DNA of 34,533 nucleotides from a virus (IMGVR_UViG_3300021124_000019:1-34533); one strand, 5' to 3'. Shown: positions 1 through 9,252, counted from the first letter of the stretch. Numbers and translations are program-made. The notes: generated by a model not told the origin, from the letters alone.

Positions 1-7
1 TTTTATA

Positions 8-556
8 CTAGAATACTCTAGCGTATGTACATGCTGTTGCCGATGAGAAAACAAATCGGAAACAACCTTGTCCACTTGTACCTGAAGCAACAGTCATAAG
101 ACCAAATGTAGGTACACCGTAAGTTGCAACCTGAGCTACTGCTGAAGCGGTCATTCCTGAACCAGCTGTTACTGTAACTGTGTTAGCACCTGCTGTGTTA
201 TCTATGTAAAGGTCAAATACTGAACCTGCTGTTGCACCTAGCTGTGTAGCTAGAGCTGTAGCTGAAGGTAAAGTAATTCCTACTGCTGCGGCTGAAGTAG
301 ATGTAATGTATCCACTTGCAACCTGTACAGCTGTAACTGTTGCTGTAGCGTTAATAGCTACTGAAGTATGGTTTTGAGTGCTAGCACCTGATACCAATGG
401 TCCAGTAGTAGAGATACCACCAGCACCAACGCTTAGGGTAGCTGTAGAGCCACCCGCTGCGATACCAACGTTTACGTTTTTGTTAGTGTTTAAGCCATCC
501 ATTCGAACGACTTGAACGTACTTCTCTAATAGGCGATTTCTATTTGTTATTGCCAT
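8..556 (-). CDS. Virion structural protein, probable capsid accessory/decoration protein
   Basis: 182 aa, Ala/Thr/Gly-rich; AAGGAGG SD; second gene downstream of the major capsid gene. Confidence 0.55.
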   Translation of the reverse strand: MAITNRNRLLEKYVQVVRMDGLNTNKNVNVGIAAGGSTATLSVGAGGISTTGPLVSGASTQNHTSVAINATATVTAVQVASGYITSTSAAAVGITLPSATALATQLGATAGSVFDLYIDNTAGANTVTVTAGSGMTASAVAQVATYGVPTFGLMTVASGTSGQGCFRFVFSSATACTYARVF

Positions 557-579
557 AAGTACCCCTCCTTAAAAGGATA

Positions 580-1356
580 TTAGTTAATGTTCAAGAATAC
601 TGGACCACTTGATGATGCTGAAATAGCAGCGTGTGTGTATCCAATAATTGGGCTTGTTGAAGCAGTTGCTTGTCTTACAGAACCACCTACAGTTACACTT
701 TGTCCAATTGCAGTTCCAACAGCGATAGTACCAACTGCGTCGTTCTTGACGTCAACAGGTCCAGCAGTTTGTACCCAACCGTAGTTAGTTACAGAAGCTG
801 TGTTAGGAACAGGCATTACTGTTACACCTACAGGGATATCAGCTGTTCCTGATGTGTTTACTGAGCTGTAAATGCTTGGGTTTAGGTTAACTGTGTCAGT
901 ACCAGGTACTAATGCAGTTGTGTGTCGCATAGCTTCAGCTAGGTAAACTGTGAAAGTTGCACTACCAGCTGCTGCTGTGTTTCCTTTAACTCTATATAAG
1001 TATGAGCTAGTAACACCAGCTGCACCTACTAATACTTCGAGGTAACCTTCAGCAAATTGGTCTTGAGTGATTGCAGTTGAACCGTTAGTTATAACGATTG
1101 ATGTTGCACCTGTAGCTAAGTTAGCTGCAGTTTGTCCACCTGTACCAGTTGCTGTGATTGTTAGACCTTGATAACCAGCTGTTACTGCTGCAGCAACAAC
1201 TAATTGGCCTGAGTTGATTGTTGATGTACCACCGAAAGATACGTATCGATATTTTCGACCGTCTTCAGTCATTCCTGTTGCACCATACTGTACCTGCTTT
1301 GAAGTAGATAGAGTATTGATGTCTTGTTCTGTTAATGTTCTAATTCCTACATCCAT
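580..1356 (-). CDS. Probable capsid decoration/cement protein
   Basis: 258 aa, beta-rich, immediately downstream of MCP; DGRKYRYV and YGWVQTAGP motifs typical of post-capsid accessory proteins. Confidence 0.6.
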   Translation of the reverse strand: MDVGIRTLTEQDINTLSTSKQVQYGATGMTEDGRKYRYVSFGGTSTINSGQLVVAAAVTAGYQGLTITATGTGGQTAANLATGATSIVITNGSTAITQDQFAEGYLEVLVGAAGVTSSYLYRVKGNTAAAGSATFTVYLAEAMRHTTALVPGTDTVNLNPSIYSSVNTSGTADIPVGVTVMPVPNTASVTNYGWVQTAGPVDVKNDAVGTIAVGTAIGQSVTVGGSVRQATASTSPIIGYTHAAISASSSGPVFLNIN

Positions 1357-1380
1357 GATAAATAATCCTTTCTATCAAAC

Positions 1381-2469
1381 CTAGTTTGAAGTAATACCAG
1401 TTAGTTTACCGTTTCTTCGAGGTTGTCTGTGGATTAAGTTACCCATAAGAATCAATAGACCTACTTCACCATACTGGTTAACAGGAGCGATTAATTCTCT
1501 GAATTGCCATGCACTTGGGAATGAAACATCTTTGTAGAAACCTTCAGTAACTTCAACAGTTGAAGAAATCTGACGTAGGCTTGAGTCTACTAGTCTCTTA
1601 AATTCCATGTAGTATTCGTTTAGCCAGAAGAAAGTCTGTGAAGTACAGTTATCATCTGCAACTAAAGGACGTGCACGGTAGCTAATAGCGTTGAATCCAG
1701 CAAAAGCTGAAGTCTTTTCACCAGCTGGGCGAGTTTGTCCAACAGGAGTTCCACCATCTACTCGGTCGTAACCTTGTATTTGAAGAGTCTCGTATCGAGC
1801 ACTTACCATAGGCTGAATTAGACCTTCGATGTAAGTCCAGATAGTCTTAGTAGTAAGACCAATAGTAGGGCTTTCCATTGAAGAACTTGCAGCTGAAACG
1901 TTGTCAAACTCAGATGACAAGTAGTCAAGAGTAATGATTCCGTTAGTTACTGCAGTAACATCAGCGTTAATGAAGGTGTTAGTGCTTCGTGTGATACCAG
2001 CGTAAGAGCTTGAGTTAGTACCATTGTCTACAATTAGTCCAAGACCATCGAAGTCTTTTCCTGAACCTAGACCGTAAGCAATCTGACCAACAGACTGCAA
2101 AGCAGAAATCTTAGCTTCGTCAAGACGAGTCTTGAGCAACATAAGAACTTGCTTCTCGTTGTTAGCGTTTACTGCTCGTTCAATACCAGGTACTACAACT
2201 GACTGTTCGTAAGCTGCAAGATACCAAGTCATAAGACGAGTGTTGTTAGTGGCTGCCGTTGGGAAAGTATCCATACCTGAGAAAGAACCACCAGTTGTAC
2301 TGTTAGCAATTTCTATAGGTTGTGCTTCGTATACACCCTTCCAAGAACCAGGCTTGGAAAGAACACGAGCTAGGAATACGTTCGAGTTGTTGATTTGGTC
2401 AACAATTGAAGGCAGTATGTCTTGATAGGTTATGTCTGCGACCCTATCGGTGAATACCATTCCGGCCAT
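1381..2469 (-). CDS. Major capsid protein (HK97 fold)
   Basis: 362 aa after portal and scaffold; GSGKDFDGLGLIVD...YAGITRS and C-terminal GNLIHRQPRRNGKLTGI resemble capsid proteins; AAGGAG SD. Confidence 0.85.
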   Translation of the reverse strand: MAGMVFTDRVADITYQDILPSIVDQINNSNVFLARVLSKPGSWKGVYEAQPIEIANSTTGGSFSGMDTFPTAATNNTRLMTWYLAAYEQSVVVPGIERAVNANNEKQVLMLLKTRLDEAKISALQSVGQIAYGLGSGKDFDGLGLIVDNGTNSSSYAGITRSTNTFINADVTAVTNGIITLDYLSSEFDNVSAASSSMESPTIGLTTKTIWTYIEGLIQPMVSARYETLQIQGYDRVDGGTPVGQTRPAGEKTSAFAGFNAISYRARPLVADDNCTSQTFFWLNEYYMEFKRLVDSSLRQISSTVEVTEGFYKDVSFPSAWQFRELIAPVNQYGEVGLLILMGNLIHRQPRRNGKLTGITSN

Positions 2470-2506
2470 ATTATCTCCTTTATTAGTTTGTTACATCTGG
2501 CCTAAT

Positions 2507-2559
2507 AAAAAAACCCTCACAAGGAGGGCTTAATAATTTGCCTAGATAATCCTAGTATA
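2507..2559 (-). promoter_or_regulatory. Late leader motif copy 1 (upstream of MCP)
   Basis: Minus strand TATACT-aggattatct-AGGCAAA-ttatta-AGCCCTC-cttgt-GAGGGTT-TTTTT; -10 spacing deviates (TAGGAT lies 5 nt before AGGCAAA). Confidence 0.75.
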
Positions 2560-2565
2560 GTTTAT

Positions 2566-2835
2566 TTATTTTTTACTTGCAACTATTTTTTTAAGAGGTT
2601 CTTTAGACTTAAGCTTTTCTATTTCACTTTTAATAATTAATAGTTCGCTTTGTAAATTTTCCATTATATGTGTGTTTGCAAGCCTTTTTCTACCAAGTAT
2701 TGCGTGTAGCTCTTCGTAAGCTTCTTTGTATTTATCTTTGTGTATAGATAATCTAATTTGTTCAGAGATGTGCTCTGCTTCTTCACGAGTTATTAATCCA
2801 AATTCTTCTAACGCTGCTATCCACCAATTGTGCAT
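2566..2835 (-). CDS. Hypothetical protein between scaffold and MCP
   Basis: 89 aa helical/coiled-coil ORF with AAAGGA SD, co-oriented with head genes. Confidence 0.7.
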   Translation of the reverse strand: MHNWWIAALEEFGLITREEAEHISEQIRLSIHKDKYKEAYEELHAILGRKRLANTHIMENLQSELLIIKSEIEKLKSKEPLKKIVASKK

Positions 2836-2847
2836 AACTTTCCTTTC

Positions 2848-3843
2848 CTACCAATCAAGGCTATCTATTAAATTGTCTAAATCTCTACTAGTCATACCAG
2901 GTTTTACACGTGGTCTGCTAGGTGTTTGAGAATCACTTCCTTTAGCTTTAGTTGTACGCTTAGCTAGATTTTGTCTGGCTGCGTCTTCCTTTTGTAGCTC
3001 TGTGTCCATCTTATCAGGGTTTTGGTATTTGTACATACGAAATGCTTCTTCAAATCCAATGTGCTTATAAGGTCGACCAGCGTTGTACTCGTTTAAGTAT
3101 TTCTGATTAAGTTCTTCTTTAAAAGCCAAGATGTCATTTGCAAGTTTAACTCCTGGGTCATTATCAAAGTCCTTAGAGTTAGGTTGTGCTTTAAATTTAG
3201 GTAACTCACCTTTTCTTTGTAAGTCACCAATGTCTTGTCGGTCTGCGTTGTCTTCTCTTAACTTAAACTCTTGAGCTGATTTGTTAGTTTCTTGTGAACG
3301 ATAATCATTTACAAGCTTTTCAGCTTTCTGTTCGTTTAAATTATCACGTTTCATCGCAATAGTAAGTTCACTCTCGTTTTCGTATTTAAATCCAGCAGGT
3401 AACTGTTCGATTGTGTATATGTCAAATGATTCTACCTTGTCACTTCCGGGTACAGTACCTCGAACTTTAAAAGTAGATATGTTGTCTAATACAAATTGTT
3501 GTTCTGGAGTTAGTTGGTTGTTAGCTGGTGTCTCTTGTGTTGAGTTAGATGGGACTTCTTCTTCGTCTTCATCATCTTCATCTATAGAGTAACCCTCTTC
3601 AGAGTCGCTTTCTTCACTATCCTCGCCTGTTTCATCAGATTCTTCTGCGTCTTGGACTTCTTCAACTTGCTCAGTTGATTCATCCTTTTCTTCTGCAGCC
3701 TCTTCATTCTCAACTTCAGGTTTAGCATTTTTAGACTCCTCTTTTACTTCGTTAATTGGTGTTAGATTGTCATCTAAACTATCTAACTTAGCTTGTAGTT
3801 CCGGTGTAGCACTAAAACCGGGCACATTCATATCATTAGCCAT
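2848..3843 (-). CDS. Capsid scaffolding protein
   Basis: 331 aa, very acidic N-half, coiled coil, short C-terminal helix; lies between portal and MCP; AAGGAGG SD. Confidence 0.75.
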   Translation of the reverse strand: MANDMNVPGFSATPELQAKLDSLDDNLTPINEVKEESKNAKPEVENEEAAEEKDESTEQVEEVQDAEESDETGEDSEESDSEEGYSIDEDDEDEEEVPSNSTQETPANNQLTPEQQFVLDNISTFKVRGTVPGSDKVESFDIYTIEQLPAGFKYENESELTIAMKRDNLNEQKAEKLVNDYRSQETNKSAQEFKLREDNADRQDIGDLQRKGELPKFKAQPNSKDFDNDPGVKLANDILAFKEELNQKYLNEYNAGRPYKHIGFEEAFRMYKYQNPDKMDTELQKEDAARQNLAKRTTKAKGSDSQTPSRPRVKPGMTSRDLDNLIDSLDW

Positions 3844-3860
3844 AATTCCTCCTTGATGTC

Positions 3861-3869
3861 AGTATATCA
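3861..3869 (-). promoter_or_regulatory. Extended -10 promoter for scaffold gene
   Basis: TGaTATACT then 6 nt then AAGGAGG-aatt-ATG; lacks the AGGCAAA/hairpin leader. Confidence 0.55.
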
Positions 3870-3871
3870 CA

Positions 3872-6112
3872 TTAAACGGGAGGTAAAACACTAGGGTTGC
3901 CAGTGTTAGGAATTTGTGGATTGGCTGGGTTTGGTAAATTGGTTCCTGAGAATATAGAACCGCCCAACATAGCCTGTGAAGCGCCTGGAGCCATAGGTAT
4001 ATTACTCTGTGGACCCATTGGTGGCATCCCCTGTGGTGGCATACCTTGAGGTGGCATACCTTGAGGTGGCATACCAGGAGCGCTTGGTGGACCAGGATTT
4101 AACTCTTGTTCAGTAGGTTGACCGGGGTTGTAAGGCTGTAATGGTACTTTTGGACTCAAATTCATGACGTTTTCTTCGCCCATTTGGTCTAATGCCATGG
4201 TAGTTTCTAATCTGAGTAGCATTTCATCTACAAAATCAAGGTAAGCTTGCTGTTTTGTCTTGTTGAGCTTCATAAATTCGTCTCTAACCATCAATTTTCT
4301 GAGTGAAAGTACGTATTCTTTAGTTACGTGGTCAGGTTCCATTGGTTTTTTGCCATTTATAATCTCTACGTATGCTACGTAAGCCTTAGCTTCATCAATT
4401 TCATCAAGTCCATCACGTGCAAGAGCCATTGGGTCAACTTTTTGCTTAGCCCAGTTGTCGTAAAGCTTCTGTGGGTTCTGTAAATGGAGTAATTTGTAAG
4501 CATCAAGTAGTGAAATTGAAGCACCCATCTTAAGAAGTTGTAATACGACTGCTTCTTGTCGGTGATTATCAAAGGCAAGTGAGGTTCCGCCCTTTACATT
4601 GATAGCCATTCCGTTATCAATAAGGTCTCGGTGCATTGTAATATAATCAAATTCGCCATCACCACCGTTGTATACAAAGAAATGTCGTTCTGAGTACCAT
4701 ACAACCATCATCTGTACTAAGTATTGGAAGTAAGCGTTCATAAAACGGTCTATGGAACGTACATATAAGTCCTGTCGACCTGAAGCTTGATTCTTCTTCA
4801 TCATTGACTGACCTAAAGTTTCACTTGTTGTATCTCCGTCATTAGAACCAGTAAATTCAGAAGGGGTACCCATTATAGAATGGATAGTTGTACGCTGGTC
4901 CATTTTATCTTGGAATAAGAACTGTGGAATTTCAGGAGGTGGTAGTCGGAAGATTACGTCTTGTGCTCTCACGTTAGGTGGTGGAGATATAACTATTCTT
5001 TGGTTAGGGTCATCTGTAAGGTCTTGTACGTCATCTTTACTCATTCCACTCTTGGTGTCAATTACTAGAATACCGTTTGCCTTGTCAGCGACTTCCATTA
5101 ATTGTCGACCACGCTTGTTAAGAATGATTTGTACTTTGGAAGCTTGTTCTACAGAAGATGTGTAATCAATCCAGTGTTGTCCATCGTTATCAAAGTTAAG
5201 TGGGATAAATGGTTTCTTTGGTAAATCAATAAAGTTCTTTTCGTTCTTTGAATAGATGTAATGTGGGTTTCGTGATTTTTCAAGCACTAAGTTCTGAAAG
5301 TAATAGACGAGAGCTTGGTGTGGTTCAAAATCTTTATCGTAGTGAGTTAACCATACTTCTCTAACTACCATAATTTGGTCTAGCTGTTTAGAAGTACCTC
5401 GTACAATACCAGCTTCTGAATAAATAGCTTTCTTTTTCTCGGGCCAACGATTAACCATTTCATTAACTGACATTTTGACGTTCCTACAAATAAAATCAGG
5501 GTCTTCACCCATCTTGGCGTTCTTATCAATAATAACTTCTTCTGGGTTCAAAGCTATTGGAATAATCTCACCGTTCTTACCGTAGTTAGGGTCAAACTGG
5601 AAGTAAATCAAACCTAATCGTTTATTGAGTACGTTCTTAACGCTAGTTTCTAGTAATTGCTGTAGGTTTACTTTAGCTGAGTGGGCTACACATACTCTTT
5701 CAAGGTCTAAAGCGAATTGACGAGCTTGTGGTGAGTCCTGAGCTGGAGAAACTTCTGGTGATGGAGTGTTAGCTGTTAAGTAAGCTGTAATAGCTTGTTC
5801 TGCTACATAGATTTGGTTTTCTACGTAAGGTGTCTGAAACCTATAGAGTGAACGCACGTCATTTTGTTTACCTAAGTAAAAACGCATAGCTTCGTTACGA
5901 GCTTGTCTCAAATTAAAACCATCTGGTGCATCCCAATAGCCAATAGAGTCATCTATACGATTGTCTAAGTTCTTAATAATTTGATTGTCGGGAATGTCTA
6001 TTGACAAAGGAGGTAGTTGGTCTATCTGTCCACTAGGAACATCACTTAAGCGGTCTACCTTAGTGTCATTTAACGGAGGAGCGGTTTGCTCGTAATCCCA
6101 ATTATTTGCCAT
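3872..6112 (-). CDS. Portal protein (P22-like, long)
   Basis: 746 aa downstream of terminase, upstream of scaffold/MCP; Pro/Gln/Met-rich disordered C-tail. Confidence 0.85.
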   Translation of the reverse strand: MANNWDYEQTAPPLNDTKVDRLSDVPSGQIDQLPPLSIDIPDNQIIKNLDNRIDDSIGYWDAPDGFNLRQARNEAMRFYLGKQNDVRSLYRFQTPYVENQIYVAEQAITAYLTANTPSPEVSPAQDSPQARQFALDLERVCVAHSAKVNLQQLLETSVKNVLNKRLGLIYFQFDPNYGKNGEIIPIALNPEEVIIDKNAKMGEDPDFICRNVKMSVNEMVNRWPEKKKAIYSEAGIVRGTSKQLDQIMVVREVWLTHYDKDFEPHQALVYYFQNLVLEKSRNPHYIYSKNEKNFIDLPKKPFIPLNFDNDGQHWIDYTSSVEQASKVQIILNKRGRQLMEVADKANGILVIDTKSGMSKDDVQDLTDDPNQRIVISPPPNVRAQDVIFRLPPPEIPQFLFQDKMDQRTTIHSIMGTPSEFTGSNDGDTTSETLGQSMMKKNQASGRQDLYVRSIDRFMNAYFQYLVQMMVVWYSERHFFVYNGGDGEFDYITMHRDLIDNGMAINVKGGTSLAFDNHRQEAVVLQLLKMGASISLLDAYKLLHLQNPQKLYDNWAKQKVDPMALARDGLDEIDEAKAYVAYVEIINGKKPMEPDHVTKEYVLSLRKLMVRDEFMKLNKTKQQAYLDFVDEMLLRLETTMALDQMGEENVMNLSPKVPLQPYNPGQPTEQELNPGPPSAPGMPPQGMPPQGMPPQGMPPMGPQSNIPMAPGASQAMLGGSIFSGTNLPNPANPQIPNTGNPSVLPPV
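4018..4077 (-). repeat. 15-bp tandem coding repeat (GMPPQ x3 plus GMPPM)
   Basis: ggtggcataccttga-type units on + strand within the portal C-terminus. Confidence 0.8.
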
Positions 6113-6293
6113 TCTTCATTTTTCCCTTTTTAGGAGTTTTAACTTCAGATTCAGAAGATTGCATTAAGCCAGGAATACCGGGTTTAGGAATAGACAAGTC
6201 ATTATACTTGCGGTGCTGGTGTTGCTTTCCTTTATCGCTTCTTTGGACTTTGCGAATTACTTTCTGTTTCATCAAATCTTGTATTGTTGCCAT
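6102..6293 (-). CDS. Small basic protein (MATIQDLMK...)
   Basis: 63 aa Lys-rich; ATG directly follows U-tract of leader copy 2; overlaps portal start. Confidence 0.65.
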   Translation of the reverse strand: MATIQDLMKQKVIRKVQRSDKGKQHQHRKYNDLSIPKPGIPGLMQSSESEVKTPKKGKMKNGK

Positions 6294-6344
6294 AAAAAAA
6301 ACCCTTCATGAGGGCTCCTGTTTAATTTGCCTAATTTCATTATA
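6294..6344 (-). promoter_or_regulatory. Late leader motif copy 2 (upstream of small basic protein and portal)
   Basis: TATAAT-gaaatt-AGGCAAA-ttaaacagg-AGCCCT-catga-AGGGTT-TTTTTT-ATG. Confidence 0.8.
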
Positions 6345-6346
6345 CA

Positions 6347-6577
6347 TCATTGAAAAAGTATTTTATAGCGATTTTTACAAGAGTGGCAGACGATTTCAAT
6401 ATATTGTTGTGATGGTGAGTACGTATCCCAGCCAAGCCCTATGTCGTTGGAAATTGTAATTTCATGTGTGTTAGCTCTAAACAAAGTTCTACCACATCCG
6501 CACTTAAATTTTTGAGGTCTTTCGACTGGCGCAGGAAACAACTTAGCGTGAAATATCATTAAAATATTCAAAACCAT
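6347..6577 (-). CDS. Com-like zinc-ribbon protein, putative RNA/DNA-binding regulator
   Basis: CGCGRTLFRAN...IEIVCHSCKNRY parallels phage Mu Com (CxxCNKLLFKAD...IEIRCPRCK, recalled); overlaps terL stop. Confidence 0.7.
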   Translation of the reverse strand: MVLNILMIFHAKLFPAPVERPQKFKCGCGRTLFRANTHEITISNDIGLGWDTYSPSQQYIEIVCHSCKNRYKILFQ

Positions 6578-7851
6578 TCTCCCATCTCTCGCTGTTCACG
6601 AGACACACGTTTTAATATCTCTTCTAAGTCTATATGAAAAGCATCTGCAGTACCATCCTCATTTACTACGAAAGATTTTTTCTTAGCGTCTGGTGGAGCT
6701 ATTGTGACTACACCAGAAGTTCTTTCTTTAGCGTATGTGTAAGTTTCTAATGCGTAGCGTAGTGCGTCTAACAGGTGGTCGTTGCCGCCTTCTGGTTGAT
6801 TAATAATCTTGCCGTCTTTGTCAGTTTTCCATAAGTAGTTTCGATATTCCTTGAGTAAATTTGTACTCTTCTTAGTGACGGAGATACGCTGGTCTTGTAT
6901 GTATGAGATTCCTTGTAAGATAGAACCTCTACCTTTCTGAGCCGGAACAATTGGTATACCGTAACTTCCAATTTCGTCAATAGATTTAGGTTCAGCTGAG
7001 TCAGCATACACAAGCGTTTCAGGGTCGTTTGTAGAATCTAAAAAGTCAGCTATGTCTTTGTTGCTTAATCCTTTCCTGTAGAGAACTTCGTTTAATATAA
7101 GTCCTCCATTGTAGCGGTAGATATCAATAATAGCTGTAGGGTCGTTTGTATATCCAAAGTCCAATCCTCGCCTTTCGAGTTTGGCTTCGTGAGGTATGTG
7201 GTCAATAATAGCCCAGTCTTTGTAAATACGAGACTCAACTTCACCAAGCTGTCCTAGACCGTATACAAGCCACCAGTTTTTGTTGTGTTTGTGTGACTCA
7301 ATATCCTGAACAATTGAATCGTCTAATCCTTCATTGTCCTTGTAAGTAATTGTAAGAAAGTCTACGTCATAGTGTGGAAGGATTTCGGTATACCACCAGA
7401 ACTCGTTAGTAGGGTTCCAGTCTAGCCAAATAGTCTGACGGGTACGAACTCGGAGTTGGTCAAACTCTTCATACCCAATGTTGTTGGCTTCGTTCATAAA
7501 AAGCACATCACGTCTTGGTCCTCTAACTTTACCTGGCTGGTCTGCACTAAAAAATTCTATGCGTGAGCGGTTTGAGAAAGTATACGTGAAATCAGTCTTA
7601 GACCATTCATCATCTTTGTAATAGTTAGTATCCTCCATAATAGAAAGAAAGTCTCTCATAGCGCCCCTACGTAAGTGAGGAAAAGATTCTGAAACAACTG
7701 AAATAAGAATCCCAGGATTAGTCTGTGCTTGGTCTATTAAGATTTGAAGTATCGAAATAGTCTTCCCAGCTGAGGTCCCTCCGGCTATCCCCCTAATTCT
7801 TTTGTCTAGCTTAAGCAGTTTAGTTGTAGCCGATGTTTGGATGTAGTTCAT
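6568..7851 (-). CDS. terL: Terminase large subunit (PBSX-type)
   Basis: Walker A GGTSAGKT, Walker B LFMNEA, nuclease motifs GLDFGYTNDP, YADSAEPKSI, NDHLLDALRY. Confidence 0.95.
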   Translation of the reverse strand: MNYIQTSATTKLLKLDKRIRGIAGGTSAGKTISILQILIDQAQTNPGILISVVSESFPHLRRGAMRDFLSIMEDTNYYKDDEWSKTDFTYTFSNRSRIEFFSADQPGKVRGPRRDVLFMNEANNIGYEEFDQLRVRTRQTIWLDWNPTNEFWWYTEILPHYDVDFLTITYKDNEGLDDSIVQDIESHKHNKNWWLVYGLGQLGEVESRIYKDWAIIDHIPHEAKLERRGLDFGYTNDPTAIIDIYRYNGGLILNEVLYRKGLSNKDIADFLDSTNDPETLVYADSAEPKSIDEIGSYGIPIVPAQKGRGSILQGISYIQDQRISVTKKSTNLLKEYRNYLWKTDKDGKIINQPEGGNDHLLDALRYALETYTYAKERTSGVVTIAPPDAKKKSFVVNEDGTADAFHIDLEEILKRVSREQREMGEWF

Positions 7852-7893
7852 AAATTTAACCTTACACCACCAGACGACTCAATTTCAACCCCA

Positions 7894-8084
7894 AACAGGG
7901 GTAACGTCGCACAACATATAATGTACGACTAGGACTAACAGGGGTAGGCATATACTAGGCAATAGACTTGACAGTTTGCATAGGGGTAGGCTAAGACAGT
8001 TTATATAATCCCGCAATTTTCGATACCTTAACAGGGGTGCGCATAAAAGCCTATTATACCATATTATTCAGGCTTAACAGGGGT
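7894..8084. repeat. Five spaced AACAGGGGT-type direct repeats between terS and terL
   Basis: AACAGGGGT at 7894, 7937, 8030, 8076; variant CATAGGGGT at 7979. Confidence 0.75.
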
Positions 8085-8465
8085 GGCTTCAATAACCTTA
8101 TTACTAAGCCCACCTAGTATTGGCTTGACAATGTGGGTATTGTCGACCTGTTTAGAGTCCTTATACCCGTATTTATTCTTAAGTACGAATATAGCCATGG
8201 TTGTGTTGAGTTTATTAGCTAACGCCCCTGTAACTAACCTATGTTCTAAGATAGTTTCTATTCTTAGCATTGTATCTAGTACCGGCTTATTATCTAGGTT
8301 GCTAGACTTGAATTCAGACCACTTATGAGCATTTATACCTCTGTTGGCTAGCGATTGACCTATAAAAACTATGCTCTCATCTTCTAATACTTCTAATTCA
8401 ATGCTTTTTATTATTGTAGTAACATTATCAGGTAAGTATCTTCTTTTTATCTGTTGTTTGCTCAT
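8064..8465 (-). CDS. terS: Terminase small subunit (P22 gp3-like)
   Basis: 133 aa upstream of terL; GALANKLNTTMAIFVLKNKYGYKD resembles gp3-type DNA-packaging proteins. Confidence 0.8.
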   Translation of the reverse strand: MSKQQIKRRYLPDNVTTIIKSIELEVLEDESIVFIGQSLANRGINAHKWSEFKSSNLDNKPVLDTMLRIETILEHRLVTGALANKLNTTMAIFVLKNKYGYKDSKQVDNTHIVKPILGGLSNKVIEATPVKPE

Positions 8466-8473
8466 ATAGGGTT

Positions 8474-8482
8474 ATTATAGCA
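8474..8482 (-). promoter_or_regulatory. Extended -10 promoter for terS (near-leaderless)
   Basis: TGcTATAAT 8 nt upstream of the terS ATG; no SD in between. Confidence 0.6.
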
Positions 8483-8569
8483 TTTATTCTACTAATGTAC
8501 TTATCCACAATTTCTAATCTGTTATTGTATGAAACTAATATAAAAGTATCATTTTGTATATAAATAGTG

Positions 8570-8598
8570 TTGACATGTACATATCGTAGATGTATATT
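8570..8598 (+). promoter_or_regulatory. Sigma70-type early promoter
   Basis: TTGACA(8570-8575)-17 nt-TATATT(8593-8598), at the head of the plus-strand gene block. Confidence 0.75.
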
Positions 8599-8730
8599 AA
8601 TAGTATTAGCGCAAGCTAAAGCACCAACCTACAACTTAGACAACAGCCACTAGGCAAGACAGAGCTAACACAGGGTTACAGCTAAGCAAGCTAAGAAACT
8701 TAACAACTAATAAAAACAAAAAAGGGTAAC

Positions 8731-8885
8731 ATGTATATAAAACACTATACAACACCAAACAAGTACAAGTTTATAAAAATAAAAAGAGGTAATAAATGAG
8801 TAATAAATTAAAAGACAATCTAATAAATACAGGGTTAGTAATCTTATTTATAACAATGTATATAATATCAAGTTTTTGCAACTAA
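8731..8885 (+). CDS. Two tiny coupled ORFs (8731-8799, 22 aa; 8796-8885, 29 aa hydrophobic)
   Basis: Read manually; purine-rich SD-like sites and an ATGA overlap. Confidence 0.4.
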
Positions 8886-8896
8886 AGGGGTACAGC

Positions 8897-9103
8897 ATGA
8901 AGTGGATAAATTCTCAAAATGAATTAAAAGAGTTATATAAACAAAATAGAGTTATGGTTTATGACTATAAAACTTTATACCAAGTGAATTACAGCATGGC
9001 GCAACAGCAATATTATGTTACTAAGATTAAAACAACCGGCGACAATTCAAAATATACTATAAGAGGTCGCATATTAGCAGTAACACCTGAGGAAGTTAAA
9101 TAA
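8897..9103 (+). CDS. Hypothetical early protein
   Basis: Start moved to ATG 8897 after AAGGGGT SD; 68 aa. Confidence 0.7.
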   Translation: MKWINSQNELKELYKQNRVMVYDYKTLYQVNYSMAQQQYYVTKIKTTGDNSKYTIRGRILAVTPEEVK

Positions 9104-9252
9104 TTAATAAGCGTGGCTAGCGCTATATCTAGCCAGAATAGGGTTAAAATGAGTATAGAAATTAAACACATAGAAACAGTAATAAGCGCTTTTATCTTAA
9201 CTGATGATATGACCGGCGTAACTAATATAATATTTTACTAAGGGGGTAAACT

